Source of the DNA: Paraspadella gotoi
Taxonomy: Eukaryota > Animalia > Chaetognatha
Reading direction: 5' to 3'
Length of the DNA stretch: 64,000 bases
Assembly (NCBI GenBank): GCA_051294375.1
Contig: CM119265.1
Coordinates: 1-64,000, forward strand
In this document: positions 7,477 through 19,200 of the stretch, piece by piece
Numbering within the stretch: position 1 is the stretch's first letter
How the letters are laid out: the number at the start of each line of letters is the position of its first letter
The notes under the pieces: model-generated
What the model was told of the DNA's origin: nothing
Database searches by the model: none
Seen by the model: only the letters and a program-made list of their open reading frames with translations
Program-made: the position numbers and the translations under genes

Positions 7477-10400
7477 TCACGTAATGTTCATTAGAAGGTG
7501 ACGAAGGACAGAATTGTAGTTTGGTCGATCGGCACTACTTATAGTTTTGTAAGAGAAATTTCCAGGATTCGGCCTTGAGAATCTTGTCGGAGGTGGGCGT
7601 GGCCGCGTGTCTTCCGGTGGCGCTGACGCTGGCGCTGGTTCGACCGTTGGTGACGGAGGAGGCGCGCCAAAAGGTAAAGTTGGCGCTAACGTCGCCGGTA
7701 ATTCTTCGTTCTGGCCCACGTGGTCTTTTGTTTCGACAAGAGGATTTGGCCTTGGCGCTCTCACTTCCGGTGCGGCTTCTGAGCGGTGGAGGATGTCGGA
7801 GAGCTCTGGATTGTCGTCGTCGTCGTTTTCGTCCTCATTGGCGTCATTGATCGAAGCCAATCGTGATGGAGGAGGTTGACGAGTTTGATTCGATGTTCGA
7901 GTATTAGATCGAGTTAAACGAGTTGTCGTTTGTGGTTGACGAGTTCGAGGACCCGGTCGTCGACCTGGAGGAGGAGGAGAAGAGGGAGGAGACGGCTGAG
8001 CGAAGTGTTCGTCGTCGTTTTCATCTCTCCATATTGTCGCTGGCTTGATTCTGGCGATCGCTACCGTCTCGACGCCTCGACCAGGGAATTCGATACGAAA
8101 GTTCAAATTATCGCGCGAGATGACGCGGAATGGCCCCTGGTAAGGCGCTGTGAGGGGCGGTTTGACGCCAGGGCGTTGTACGAATACGTGGGTGGCGTGG
8201 ACGAGCGAATCGGGGAGATACACGTTTGGCGAGCGATGCGTAGACGTTTCGGTAGGTTGTAAGCGTTCTACTTCGACGCGTAAATTATTTCGCAAGATAC
8301 GACGCTGTTGCTGAAGTTGATCGTCCGTTGGAGCTGGAGGAAGTAGGTCGCCAGGGACGGTGAGACCTTCTCCAAAAACGAGATCGGCCGGAGATGCGCC
8401 GATGTCGGGCTTTATGGTCGTCCGGATGGCGAGTAAGGCCGAGGGGAGACGCCAGAACCATTGGTGAGGGTCTTCTGCCGCTAGGGCGATTAGCGCCTCC
8501 TTGAGTCGCCGGTGAAAGCGCTCCACAAGCCCGTTCGCTTGTGGATGATACGCTGCAGTTTGATGGTGGTGGATGCCCCATATTTGCGCGAGCTGGGTCC
8601 ATGTTGACGAACTAAATTGGGCGCCTCTGTCTGTAGTGATGTCTGAGGGCACTCCAAATGTCGCAATCCATCCGTGGACGAGGGTGTCGACCACGGTGGT
8701 CGAAGCCATGTCCTTCATGGGTAGCGCCGTCGGCCATCTGGTAAAACGATCTACGACAGTGAGGAGATAGCCGAAGCCGTTTGACGCTGGCATGATCGTT
8801 ATATCGACATTCAGATGTTGAAAGCGTCGAGCAGGGACGTTGAATTCGCCGATATTGGGCGTGACGTGGCGAGTCACCTTCGCCTGCTGGCAAGGGATGC
8901 ACTCTCTCGCCCAGCGTGTCGTATCCGCTCGGATTGATGGCCAGACGAATTTAGAGGATATTGTTTCCCTTGTCCTAGCGACGCCGGGATGGCCCAGGCC
9001 ATGAACGGCGTCGAAGATTCGACGGCGCCATGATTCTGGGACGAAGGGGCGGGCGGGGCCGTTCGAAACGTCGACGAGTAGATCTTGGTCGCCGAGTTTA
9101 ATTTTTCTGAAGCTCAACCCAGTTCGTGCGTCGCTAGTGAGGCGTTGGTAGTCTCTGTCGAGGGCCTGGTGGCGAGCCATCTCTTGAAGGTCGATTCCTT
9201 CCTGCCCAATCGCGTTGATAGTGCCGATGAGGTCTTCGACTTTTTCGTCGGAGACGGGTTTGTCGACGGAGGCGATTGAAGGAGGTGGGTTGGGCCTGGA
9301 GAGGGCATCGGCCACCACATTGGCCTTTCCACGCACGTGTCGGATGTCGGTCGTGAACTCGGAGATCACGGATAACTGAAAATTATGCCGAGTAGTTTGG
9401 GGTTCCGAACGTTTGTGGAGAGCGTGAATTAATGACTGGTGGTCGGTATACAGCGTAAAGGTCCGACCCTCCAGCCAATGTCGAAAATGACGCACTGCTC
9501 TAAATGCGCCATAGAGCTCCCGATCGAACGGGGGCCATCTTCGCTGAGCCTCGTCTAACTTGGCCGAAAAGAAGGCCAGCGGTTCCCATCCGTCGCCGCT
9601 GCGCTGCTCAAGGACGGCGCCGACGGCGATGTCGGAGGCGTCGGTCGTTAGAGAAAGCTGGGCGTTGGTTCGGGGGTGACGGAGCAAAGCGGCGTTCGCC
9701 AGGGCCTCTTTCACTGCGTTGAAGGCTATAGTACAAGCCTCAGTCCATACAAGCTGCTTGGGCTTGCCGGCTAATGCGTCGTAGAGGGCTGCGGCGTGGT
9801 GGGCGGCCTTGGGAAGGAAACGGCGATAGTAGTTCACCATTCCCAAGAACCGCTGGAGCTCCTTAATCGTCGTTGGCGGATTGGTGGCGCGGATTGCGTC
9901 GACCTTCTTGGGAAGAGGCTTGACGCCTGACGCGTCCACCAGGTAGCCGAGGAACTCGAGTGATTTTTTCCCCAACTCGCACTTCTTTCTGTTTACGACG
10001 AGCCCGTTGCTCGAGAGGGCCTTGAAGACCTGTTCGAGGTCATGCACGTGCTGTTCCTCGTCTTCGCTGGCGACGAGGATGTCGTCCAGATACACGTAAG
10101 TGTGGGGGACGTCGCCCAGGATTTCGTCCATCATTCGCTGAAAATCCTGTTCGGCGTTTTTAAGGCCGAACGGGGTTCTCAGGAAGACGAACAGGCCGAA
10201 GGGCGTGATTACGGCCGTTTTTACCACATCCTCGTCCGCCACTGGGATCTGGTGGTATCCCTTCAGTAAGTCGACTTTTGAAAAGATCTTTTTCCCGGCG
10301 AGTTGGGCGTTGAAGTCTGCTAATAACTTCACCGGGTACTTGTCGTCTTTAGTCATGGAGTTGAGGCGTCGAAAGTCGCCACAGACTCTCCAGCCGCCGT

Positions 10401-11103
10401 CTGACTTGGGTACACACAGGATGGGTGACGACCAGGCGCTCTTGGAACGTTTGGCAATGCCAAGCGCCACCATCTTCTCCAATTCAGCTTTGGCCACAGC
10501 CAGCTTCTCGGGATCGAGGCGCCGAGCTCGTGCTTGACATGGGCGGCCCTCTGTTGGAATATGGTGCCGAACTCCATGTTTAGGCTCCTTCAGCTCAAAA
10601 CTTGGTTTGGAGAGCGATGGGTATTTGTCGAGGAGTTGGTAGAATACGTTCTCCTTTTGATCGACGAAGTTGATCTGTGACGGAGCTTTGCCGCGGGTAA
10701 CTGCGCACGGAATGGTCGAGTAGTCCTTTAAGTCCAACAATAAGCCATCGCGGTGATTCGGGGCGAGATAATATTCCGCGAGAAAATCGGCCCCAAGAAT
10801 GCTTTGAGTAACATCGGCTATTAGTACATCGAAAGGAAATATTCTTGGGCCGAGCGTAATGCGTCGATGGGCTATGCCGTAACATGCTATTGGACTACCG
10901 TTGGCCGCTTGTAATTGTGCTCCAGTTGGACCCGCCGCTCTCTGCTCCGGCGTCGGAGGGATGAGGGAAAGCAGAGCTCCACCATCCACTAGCCAGTGAC
11001 GACCGTCACTGGCGTCTACGACGTGAAGAAGGAATGAGTCGGGTGAGTCGTCGTCTGAGCGGGGCACCGCGTTCACCTGCGCGGGCCCGCTGTTCCGTTT
11101 CCC
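7477..11103 (-). CDS. pol: Pol polyprotein of B1
   Basis: ORF 7477-11160 with LVDGGA, YLDD, RNase H, HHCC, DDE, GPF motif; entry probably at the GGGAAAC slippery site 11103-11097. Confidence 0.96.
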   Translation of the reverse strand, partial: GKRNSGPAQVNAVPRSDDDSPDSFLLHVVDASDGRHWLVDGGALLSLIPPTPEQRAAGPTGAQLQAANGSPIACYGIAHRRITLGPRIFPFDVLIADVTQSILGADFLAEYYLAPNHRDGLLLDLKDYSTIPCAVTRGKAPSQINFVDQKENVFYQLLDKYPSLSKPSFELKEPKHGVRHHIPTEGRPCQARARRLDPEKLAVAKAELEKMVALGIAKRSKSAWSSPILCVPKSDGGWRVCGDFRRLNSMTKDDKYPVKLLADFNAQLAGKKIFSKVDLLKGYHQIPVADEDVVKTAVITPFGLFVFLRTPFGLKNAEQDFQRMMDEILGDVPHTYVYLDDILVASEDEEQHVHDLEQVFKALSSNGLVVNRKKCELGKKSLEFLGYLVDASGVKPLPKKVDAIRATNPPTTIKELQRFLGMVNYYRRFLPKAAHHAAALYDALAGKPKQLVWTEACTIAFNAVKEALANAALLRHPRTNAQLSLTTDASDIAVGAVLEQRSGDGWEPLAFFSAKLDEAQRRWPPFDRELYGAFRAVRHFRHWLEGRTFTLYTDHQSLIHALHKRSEPQTTRHNFQLSVISEFTTDIRHVRGKANVVADALSRPNPPPSIASVDKPVSDEKVEDLIGTINAIGQEGIDLQEMARHQALDRDYQRLTSDARTGLSFRKIKLGDQDLLVDVSNGPARPFVPESWRRRIFDAVHGLGHPGVARTRETISSKFVWPSIRADTTRWARECIPCQQAKVTRHVTPNIGEFNVPARRFQHLNVDITIMPASNGFGYLLTVVDRFTRWPTALPMKDMASTTVVDTLVHGWIATFGVPSDITTDRGAQFSSSTWTQLAQIWGIHHHQTAAYHPQANGLVERFHRRLKEALIALAAEDPHQWFWRLPSALLAIRTTIKPDIGASPADLVFGEGLTVPGDLLPPAPTDDQLQQQRRILRNNLRVEVERLQPTETSTHRSPNVYLPDSLVHATHVFVQRPGVKPPLTAPYQGPFRVISRDNLNFRIEFPGRGVETVAIARIKPATIWRDENDDEHFAQPSPPSSPPPPGRRPGPRTRQPQTTTRLTRSNTRTSNQTRQPPPSRLASINDANEDENDDDDNPELSDILHRSEAAPEVRAPRPNPLVETKDHVGQNEELPATLAPTLPFGAPPPSPTVEPAPASAPPEDTRPRPPPTRFSRPNPGNFSYKTISSADRPNYNSVLRHLLMNIT

Positions 11104-12200
11104 GGCTTTGAATCGCGTCTTTCCATAAAATCGTTTCTGCGGGCACAACCGCGCTCGCATTTAAAAGCGGCGTCGCCAAACTTAAGATGGTAGCGGCAGA
11201 TTTGCTTAAGCTTTTGATTGGCCGGGCGGGGATTCGTTGACGAGCCACTTGGCGGTCTGGCGCTGCTTGAGGGAGGCTTCGCTGCATTGGACCTCCAGTT
11301 CCCGTTTGACGGGCGGCTGCGGTCGCGGCGCTGTCCCCCTACAGCGTTTATCTCTGCCTCGTCGTCGCTGTCGCTTATGTCGTCGTCGACGAGTTGTTTG
11401 AGAGTGGCGGCGTTGATCGTCGATGATGGAGCTGCCAGTCGTGGACGTCCGTCTTGATCAAAGAACTTGTCGGCCTCATCGGCCAACTCTGCCGCCGTCA
11501 ACGAATCGGCTTTTCCCTCGAGGGAGCGTTGGACTTCAATGGGGAGTCCTCTAATGACCGTCTCCTTCTTTAGATCATCGATGGTTAACGCCTTTATCTT
11601 TTCCTCCAATCGTGCGAGGTGCTGCGATGGTCTGAGGCCGTCGCGGCCAAAGCCATCGAGTAAGACGGCCGCCTGCTGGCGCGGAGTGGAGCCATACTCT
11701 TTCTGAAGATAGAGGACGAACTCGTTCCAGCGTCTGTCCGATTGCTCGCCGTAGAGAAAGGCGTTGACGCGCGGATTAAGATTGACGTCAATCTTAGACT
11801 CTAAGTGAGCAAATTTCTCCTTAGCGTCGCGAATATTGGATCGAACATAAGCCGCTTCGACTCGGCGGAGCCAGACGTCGATGTTTTTGGGATCGAAAGT
11901 GGGAAGCTCAGGCTTCCTCTTCTTCTCTAGAGCGGCGAGGGCGGTGGCGAGGGCGGTGCGGAGAGCTTCCGTTTCGCCAAGGGCGGCGGCGTTAGCCATA
12001 TCGTTGTCCTCGGCGTCAGCAAAGACTTCTGGTTCCGTTGGCGCCGGTGGGTAGTTGAAGATTGGCGCGGCGAGGGCGCCTACGAGATTCGATGGCGAGT
12101 TTTCACGAGAGTTTCGGCCACGACCGAATCCAGCGGGCACGTTTAGGCTTGCTTGCTGGCGTTGTCGGGCGGCTTGTCGCGTCTCGCGAGAGTCGCTCAT
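11073..12200 (-). CDS. gag: Gag of B1
   Basis: 375 aa, CRYHLKFGDAAFKCERGC knuckle. Confidence 0.94.
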   Translation of the reverse strand: MSDSRETRQAARQRQQASLNVPAGFGRGRNSRENSPSNLVGALAAPIFNYPPAPTEPEVFADAEDNDMANAAALGETEALRTALATALAALEKKRKPELPTFDPKNIDVWLRRVEAAYVRSNIRDAKEKFAHLESKIDVNLNPRVNAFLYGEQSDRRWNEFVLYLQKEYGSTPRQQAAVLLDGFGRDGLRPSQHLARLEEKIKALTIDDLKKETVIRGLPIEVQRSLEGKADSLTAAELADEADKFFDQDGRPRLAAPSSTINAATLKQLVDDDISDSDDEAEINAVGGQRRDRSRPSNGNWRSNAAKPPSSSARPPSGSSTNPRPANQKLKQICRYHLKFGDAAFKCERGCARRNDFMERRDSKPGNGTAGPRR

Positions 12201-12214
12201 TGATATAGTTGATT

Positions 12215-12253
12215 ATCAGAAGGTTGGAGGGAGTCCGACGTCGCGGATCACCA
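12215..12253 (-). promoter_or_regulatory. Extended primer-binding site, tRNA-Trp-like
   Basis: + strand ATCAGAAGGTTG-N11-ACGTCGCGGATCACCA is colinear with the 3' half of eukaryotic tRNA-Trp as recalled. Confidence 0.75.
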
Positions 12254-12254
12254 A

Positions 12255-13128
12255 TGTAGATGGCGTAAACAACTCACTTTGTTGACGAGATGACGCACCT
12301 GATGATTGAGTCGATCGGCGAGTGAATGGAGTCGATCGAACGAAAGTGGGCGTGGCCTTCGAGTTGGCGTCGCTTCTGGCGCGGCCGTTGGCGTCGCGAG
12401 AGGTCAATGAAGTTGATGGCGTGACTCGGGAAGACCAGAGGTAGGATTCGATAGAGTTATTAGCCTTTTAACCCAAACCGGAAGTGACGCTGACGTTGGC
12501 GTTGACGCACGTGGCGTGATGTTTGTTTATTGAATGTTTGTTAAAATTGACTAAACCAACTTGTTTGGTTATTGATTAAAATGGAACCTTAATAAAATAA
12601 TCAAAGCATATAGATATTCCATTTACTAATTAGTAATTGCAATATCTATATGAGCAATAACAATGCAATGTAAATGAATTAATAATGAAGTAGTAAAACG
12701 ATTAACAATAATTATTAACGAGTCTTTTCGATGTGAATAATTTTGTTTAAACTGATTAAAAGATTTTCCAGACCTTGTGGAAACAACAAAGTAAAAACAT
12801 GTTTAAAATAAAATATAAATGATCATTTGTTCTAAAACAATAAAAGAGCAATCTGATTATATAACGAATGAGTTATACAAGTTATATAAGTTAGTTTAAA
12901 CATTCTAATGTCATCGGACTGAGTGGCGATGCTGGTAGAGTCCCGCTCGTGGATCGAAGGTCCCGAGTTCGAGACCAGTCCATCGCCTCTTTTTATTTAT
13001 TATTATTATTTTTATAAAATCGATTCGAGTATAAATATGAGTTCGAAAAAAGGTTCTGTATCGATCTGAGATGGCCATTAACTGGCATGGATCAACTGTG
13101 GATAAATAATATCGGGTTCGAATCTACA
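12255..13128 (-). repeat. 5' LTR of B1
   Basis: direct repeat of 6442-7322. Confidence 0.95.
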
Positions 13129-13167
13129 GGGTTAGGGTTAGGGTTAGGGTTAGGGTTAGGGTTAGGG
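13129..13167 (+). repeat. (TTAGGG)n tract
   Basis: direct read. Confidence 0.97.
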
Positions 13168-15760
13168 TGCGGCCACCTGAGACAATCGAATCTTATTTAA
13201 TAACAATTAGAAACAAATTGCTCCCACACGGGACTCGAACCATCGAGCTCAGGCTGGTACACTGAGAGCGACAACTCTCAGCCATCCAGCGGGCCGAGAT
13301 CTTTGCAACTAAAACCTTTATATAAAGCTTTAAAACAGATCTCGAAAGCCTTTTGTTTTCTCTGAAACAGTTTGATTGATTCATCTGATTTGTAGATGGC
13401 TTCCCGCCAAAGAAATCAACTGATTGTTTACTTCTATTGATTGTATTCTTTAGTTGTCAGTCTGCTGGATTTAAACTTGAAATACAAATGTTCTATTAAA
13501 ACATTTCTTCATCTTGTTTTTATTAATAATGTAATAAATACATTAACACTGAGAAAAACAGTTGAAATCGAATCTCGAATGCTTTTATCTCTGAATTAAT
13601 TAATCTTCGACTTTTTAATCTAACAAATTAATTAATCTCCGACATTTTATTCTACATTCGAATCTCTATTAATTAATTAATCTCGATCCCGTTTTAATCA
13701 ATGTGAAACTAAATAATTAATCAATTGAAACAAATAAACTGTCTCTTGATCATCATTATTTCTGGAATCACGTGACTACGTTTTCCCTGCGCACGCTCGT
13801 CCCTGTGAGCTACGCCAGCAACTCGCTCCGCTTAGAACTAAGTCACTACGTCGTCGTGTCATTCGTGAGGCAAAAGCATCACTCTTATCCCCGCCACACT
13901 TGGCGAGACCGACATTAGGACGAAGCCAAAACTTCAAGAGGGAGAAGAAGAGGACCTCAACACCTTCTGAGGTAAGATTGGGTGAATGAGATCGGGATTA
14001 AGCAATCACCCAATTTGCTCACGCCCTTCCTCTCTCTTTTTATCATAAACGTCAACTGGAGTCAACAATTTCGTCGACGAAACGATCAGCAAGCCCAAAC
14101 GCATCGAATGCGCACTCCGACCTGCGTCAAGACTCCGATCCGCTCAGCGCGTCACCGAGGACCCTCGGGACGGCACGACATCGCTACAGGTCCCAATTGG
14201 ATTCGGAAGAGGCACGCGATCTCGCTCGACATCACCGACATTCGTTGCGCCGCGCCGACCTTCAGTTTCGGAGGCGTCAACGCCGAAAAACTTCCGCGAC
14301 GCCGATATGGCCACCAGCGACTCGATTCCACGCGATTTGAACGACGAAAACGCCGAACTACGTGCAGCCTCGCCGCTGCAACAAGGGCGTTAGAAAGAGC
14401 TTCAAATCGAAAACCGGATCTCCCGGAATTCGACAAGGACAACATAGAGATATGGATAAAACGCGTGGGGCTGCATACACGCGCGCCGCGTCGTCACACC
14501 CAAGGCAAAATTCGCTCATTTAGAGTCGAAAATTGGAGTGAAAGAGGACCCAAAGATAAATCAGTTCCTCTACGGCGAAACGACGGAGGAAACGTGGGGA
14601 CTCTTTCTGAATACCTGAGAAAGGAGTACGGGCTCACCCGTCGCCAACAGGCGGCCAATTTATTGGACGCCATCGACTCGGACGGCATGAAGCCGTCAGA
14701 AATCCTCGCGCGCCTTGAGGAAAGAACCGGACCCTAACCTTAGACGACGTCCGCAAGGAAAGAGTTCTGAGGAATTGCCGCAGCAGTGCGTCGACACTTG
14801 AGAGACAAAGCTGATAGGTTATCAGCATCGAAGCTTTGTGAATTGGCGGATCGGCATTTTGATAGTGAGGGAAACCTCAAATCAAACAATCTTCTTCTCT
14901 CATCAGCCACGTCGAACAGGGAAGGCGAGAGCAAAGCGGAACAGATTCTGGAGAAGAGGAGAGCATCAACGCCATCGCCAATAACCGGAAGAAGACCTTC
15001 AATGGAAAAAAAAGGCAATATCAGGCGCCAAAGGGCAAATCAAAGTCGAAACTCCTCACTTTATGCCAAAAACATGTGAAATTTGCGACGCGCCTGGAGC
15101 TGCGAGCCTGGGTGCTCAAAGTATGAGGAGACCAAGAAAAAGAGTGAGGGAAACGGAAGAGGGGGACGACGTCGGTGAATGCCGTCCCCAATCATCATAT
15201 AATCACCGATGCAAAGTGACCTCCTTTTCATTCGCGACTCAAAGGACAAAACCAAATGGTTAGTTGACGGGGAGCGCTCCTGTCAATAGTTCCTCCAACA
15301 CAAGAACAACGTCGAAAGGGCCCAAATCCAGAAGTAAAGCTTCAGGCCGCCAATGGCTCACCCGATAAGTTGTTTTGGAAAATTGAAAGGACTGTGCACT
15401 AGGCAAACGAAATTTTCAATACGATTTATAATCGCTGACGTTAAACAGCATATTTTGGGAGCTGATTTTTTGGCAGACAATTTCTTAGCCCCAAACCACC
15501 TGTCGGTTTATTGTTGGGCCTACGCGACTATTCAGTCATTGCAGCGTCAATAACGTCGACAGCGTCAGAAACCACAGCACATTACACTTCGTAGATCGGC
15601 AAGGAAGAAGAAGTATTACAACTCCTGGACTCATTCCCCTCGCTCTCGACACCCACGTTTGAACTCAAAGAGCCTAGACACGGAGTAACTCACGCCATCC
15701 CCACTGGAAGGCAGGCCTTGCCAATCAAGGGCCCGCCGATTGGATCCGGAGAAATTAGCG
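13168..15760 (+). mobile_element. 5' part of an A1-family copy (LTR 13168-13898, gag, start of pol) with many small indels; ends at a gap
   Basis: near-identical to 5594-6321 plus 41-1915 apart from indels. Confidence 0.9.
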
Positions 15761-15797
15761 ATCTCTCTCTTTNNNNNNNNNNNNNNNNNNNNNNNNN
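15761..15797. other. Probable PacBio SMRTbell adapter remnant plus 25-N gap
   Basis: ATCTCTCTCTTT abuts the gap and is absent from the A1 copy. Confidence 0.75.
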
Positions 15798-16290
15798 CTA
15801 GATGGAATCAATATCAACAAGTAGAATCAGCTGATAAATCGGATTAAATCGGATTGTTCTTTTGTTATGAAAACAAAAGATATAAGAATTAAATAAGGAA
15901 AAACGATTTAGTTTATAGTTCTTAAGGAGAAATTTGTTAACTACAGTGTGGCGACGATGGCTAAGGAACTGATTGTGAATAACAGGTCCCGAGTTCGAGA
16001 CTGAGTTGTCACTCGTTTTTATTATTTTATAATTAATTAATAATCGATTTAAACTTATCGAAGTATTATCCGAGTGAAATATATATCGGTCTTGGCGATA
16101 AACGTCACCAATAAATCGTGGAGGAATAATCATGGGTTCAAATCCCACATCCCCCCCAGACGGAAACAACATTGTTTGCGGAAACGGAAGGGCTTAAAAG
16201 GTAAGCACTAGTGATTTGAAACTAACTATAAATACTTATCTAAATATGTACATATTATACATATTAATAATAATAAAAATGTTGTAGAAC

Positions 16291-19200
16291 TCACTTTAAG
16301 TCCAGTAAATGGCGTACTACTGCGTTGTAATTTGGTCTTGAGGTCGAGTTTATAGTTTTATAAGAAAAATCGGATGGTTGAGGACGAGAGAAACGCTCGA
16401 TCGATGGGCGTGGCCGAGGACGAGTTTCTACTGTTGGCGCTGACGCTAGCGTTGGCGTCGGGGAAACTGGGGGCGCGCCGGAAGTGAATGATGGTGCCTC
16501 GGTTTCGCCTGATGGTGCGAGTTTTCTTTCGACGTCGATACGCATACCGGAAGTGGGCGTGGCCGCATCGAGAGACGCTGATGGTTGGAATGAATTTGAC
16601 GCCGCTTCGTGTTGCGAATGTGGAATATCTATGTCGTGGACGTCGTCGTCCTGGTCGTCGTCGTCGTCCGCGACTTGTGGATTTTGCCTCGCTTGACTTT
16701 GCTGTTGGCGGCGAGTATCTGAGCGCGTTTGTCGCGACGTGGGAGGAGGGCGACGGGTTCGTGGGCCTGGACGCCGGCCTGGAGGGGGCGGTGAGGGTGG
16801 CGGAGATGGTTGTGATGCTCGTTCTTCGCCGTCCTCGTCTCGCCACAGCGTCGCTGGCTTGATTCTGGATATAGCTATAGTCTCGACGCCGCGGCCTGGA
16901 ATTTCCACTTTGAAATTCAGATTATCGCGAGAGATGACTCGATATGGCCCGTGGTAGGGCGCCGTCAGTGGAGGGTGTACTCCCGCTCGTTGGATGAATA
17001 CGTGAGTGGCATCAGATAATGTTTCTGGTAAATATAGCCGGGGCGTTCGATGTGTTGAGGTTTCGGTGGGCTGGAGGCGCTCCACTTCGACTCGAAGGTT
17101 GTCGCGCAGTTGTCGACGCTGATCTTGAAGTTGATCGCCCTCAAGAGGAGGAGGAAGAACGTCGCCGGGAACGGCGAGACCTTCGCCGTAGACTAAGTCG
17201 GCAGGGGAAGCGCCGATATCCGGTTTTATGGTCGTTCTTATTGCTAATAGCGCTGCGGGCAGCCTCCAGAACCACTTGTGAGGCTCATTGTCGCCTAGCG
17301 CCACTAACGCCTCCTTAAGGCGTCGATGGAAGCGCTCGACTAATCCGTTTGACTGCGGATGATATGCTGCCGTTTGCTGATGTTTGATGCCCCATGCTTG
17401 GGTTAGCTGCGTCCATATGGCGGTCGAGAATTGGGCGCCACGGTCGGTCGTGATGGCTGACGGTATACCGAACTGGGCGATCCAGCCGTGCGCGATCGCG
17501 TCGACGACTGATTCCGTGGACATGTCTCGCATGGGAATGGCCGCGGGCCAACGAGAGAATCGGTCGACGATCGTCAGTAATGAACTGAAGCCGTTTGACG
17601 CGGGCATGAGCGTTATATCGACGTTGAGGTGATGGAATCTTTTTGCTGGGATTTCGAATTCTCCGATATGAGGAGTCACGTGACGAGTCACCTTGGCACG
17701 TTGACACGGGACACACTCTCGTGCCCATCGAGCAGCATCTGCCTTCAGAGAGGGCCACACGAATTTTGAGGCAATCGTCTCGCGAGTTCTGGCGACGCCG
17801 GGGTGGCCTAAGCCATGGACGGCATCGAATATTTTCTTACGCCATGATTCGGGGACAAATGGTCGGGCCGGGCCGTTCGAGATGTCGACGAAGAGCTTCT
17901 GATTGCCGACGGAGATCTTACGAAATTGTAAGCCGGTCCTGGCGTCACTGGAGAGGCGCTGAAAGTCGCGGTCAAGCGCCTGGTGACGCGCCATCTCCTC
18001 GAGGTCGACGCCCTCTTGTCCAATTGCGTTGATAGTTGCATGGAGGTCCTCGGACTTCTCCTCTGGAACTGGGCGGTCGATGGCGGCGATTGGAGGCGGA
18101 TTTGGTCGCGACAAAGCGTCGGCGACCACGTTGGCTTTGCCGCGGATATGCCGGATGTCGGTCGTAAATTCTGATATTACAGAAAGTTGAAAGTTATGCC
18201 GCGTCGTCTGCGGCTCCGCGCGCTTGTGTAGGGCGTGAATAAGCGATTGGTGGTCCGTATAAAGAGTAAATGCTCTGCCCTCGAGCCAGTGGCGGAAGTG
18301 CCGGACCGCTCGGAAGGCGCCGTACAATTCTCTATCGAACGGCGGCCATCGGCGCTGTGTTTCGTCGAGTTTGGCGGAGAAGAACGCCAGGGGTTCCCAA
18401 CCCTGCGGCGTCCTTTGCTCCAGCACGGCGCCGACTGCGATGTCGGAGGCGTCGGTCGTCAGCGCCAGTTGGGCGTTGGTTCGAGGATGTCGAAGGAGGG
18501 CTGCATTCGCCAGTGCCTCCTTGATAGCGTCAAATGACTGTGAGCACTTTGTCGACCAATTCAACTGCTTCGGTTTGCCGGCGAGAATGTCGTACAACGC
18601 CGCGGCATGGTGGGCGGCGTTGGGTATAAATCGGCGGTAATAATTTACCATGCCTAGGAAGCGTTGTAACTCTTTGACGGTAGTGGGCGGGTTGGTGGCT
18701 CTGATCGCCTCGACCTTTTGGGGAAGAGGTTTCACTCCTGTGGCGTCGACTAAGTAACCTAGAAATTCCAGTGAGGATTGGCCCAATATGCACTTTTTTC
18801 GGTTAATGACTAAGCCGTTGTCGGCGAGCGAGTCGAAGACTGCTTTGAGGTCTTTTAAGTGCTCCTCCTGGTCGACGCTGGCGACGAGGATGTCGTCCAG
18901 GTAAACGTAAGTGTGTGGGATATCCCCTAAGATTTCATCCATCATCCGCTGAAAGTCTTGCCCCGCGTTTTTGAGGCCGAAGGGGGTGCGGAGGAAGACG
19001 AACAGACCGAAGGGGGTTATCACCGCTGTTTTCGGGATATCTTCTTCTGCTACGGGGATCTGGTGATACCCCTTTAGCAGATCGATTTTTGAAAATACTT
19101 TCTTTCCTGATAACTCTGCGTTAAAGTCGGCCAGAAGTTTCACGGGATATTTGTCGTCCTTCGTGTTTGAATTGAGTCGACGAAAGTCTCCACAACATCT

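Larger units (their letters stand above)
6442..13128 (-). mobile_element. Full-length Gypsy LTR retrotransposon, lineage B, copy B1
   Basis: near-identical LTRs 6442-7322 and 12255-13128 with TGTAGA..TCTACA termini; GGGT on both flanks; PPT next to 7322; intact gag and pol. Confidence 0.97.

Noticed and set aside
7575-10885. Many short antisense or alternative-frame ORFs over gag/pol (here and in other copies)
   Set aside because: Shadow ORFs of GC-rich coding sequence, with no recognisable domains and inconsistent boundaries between families
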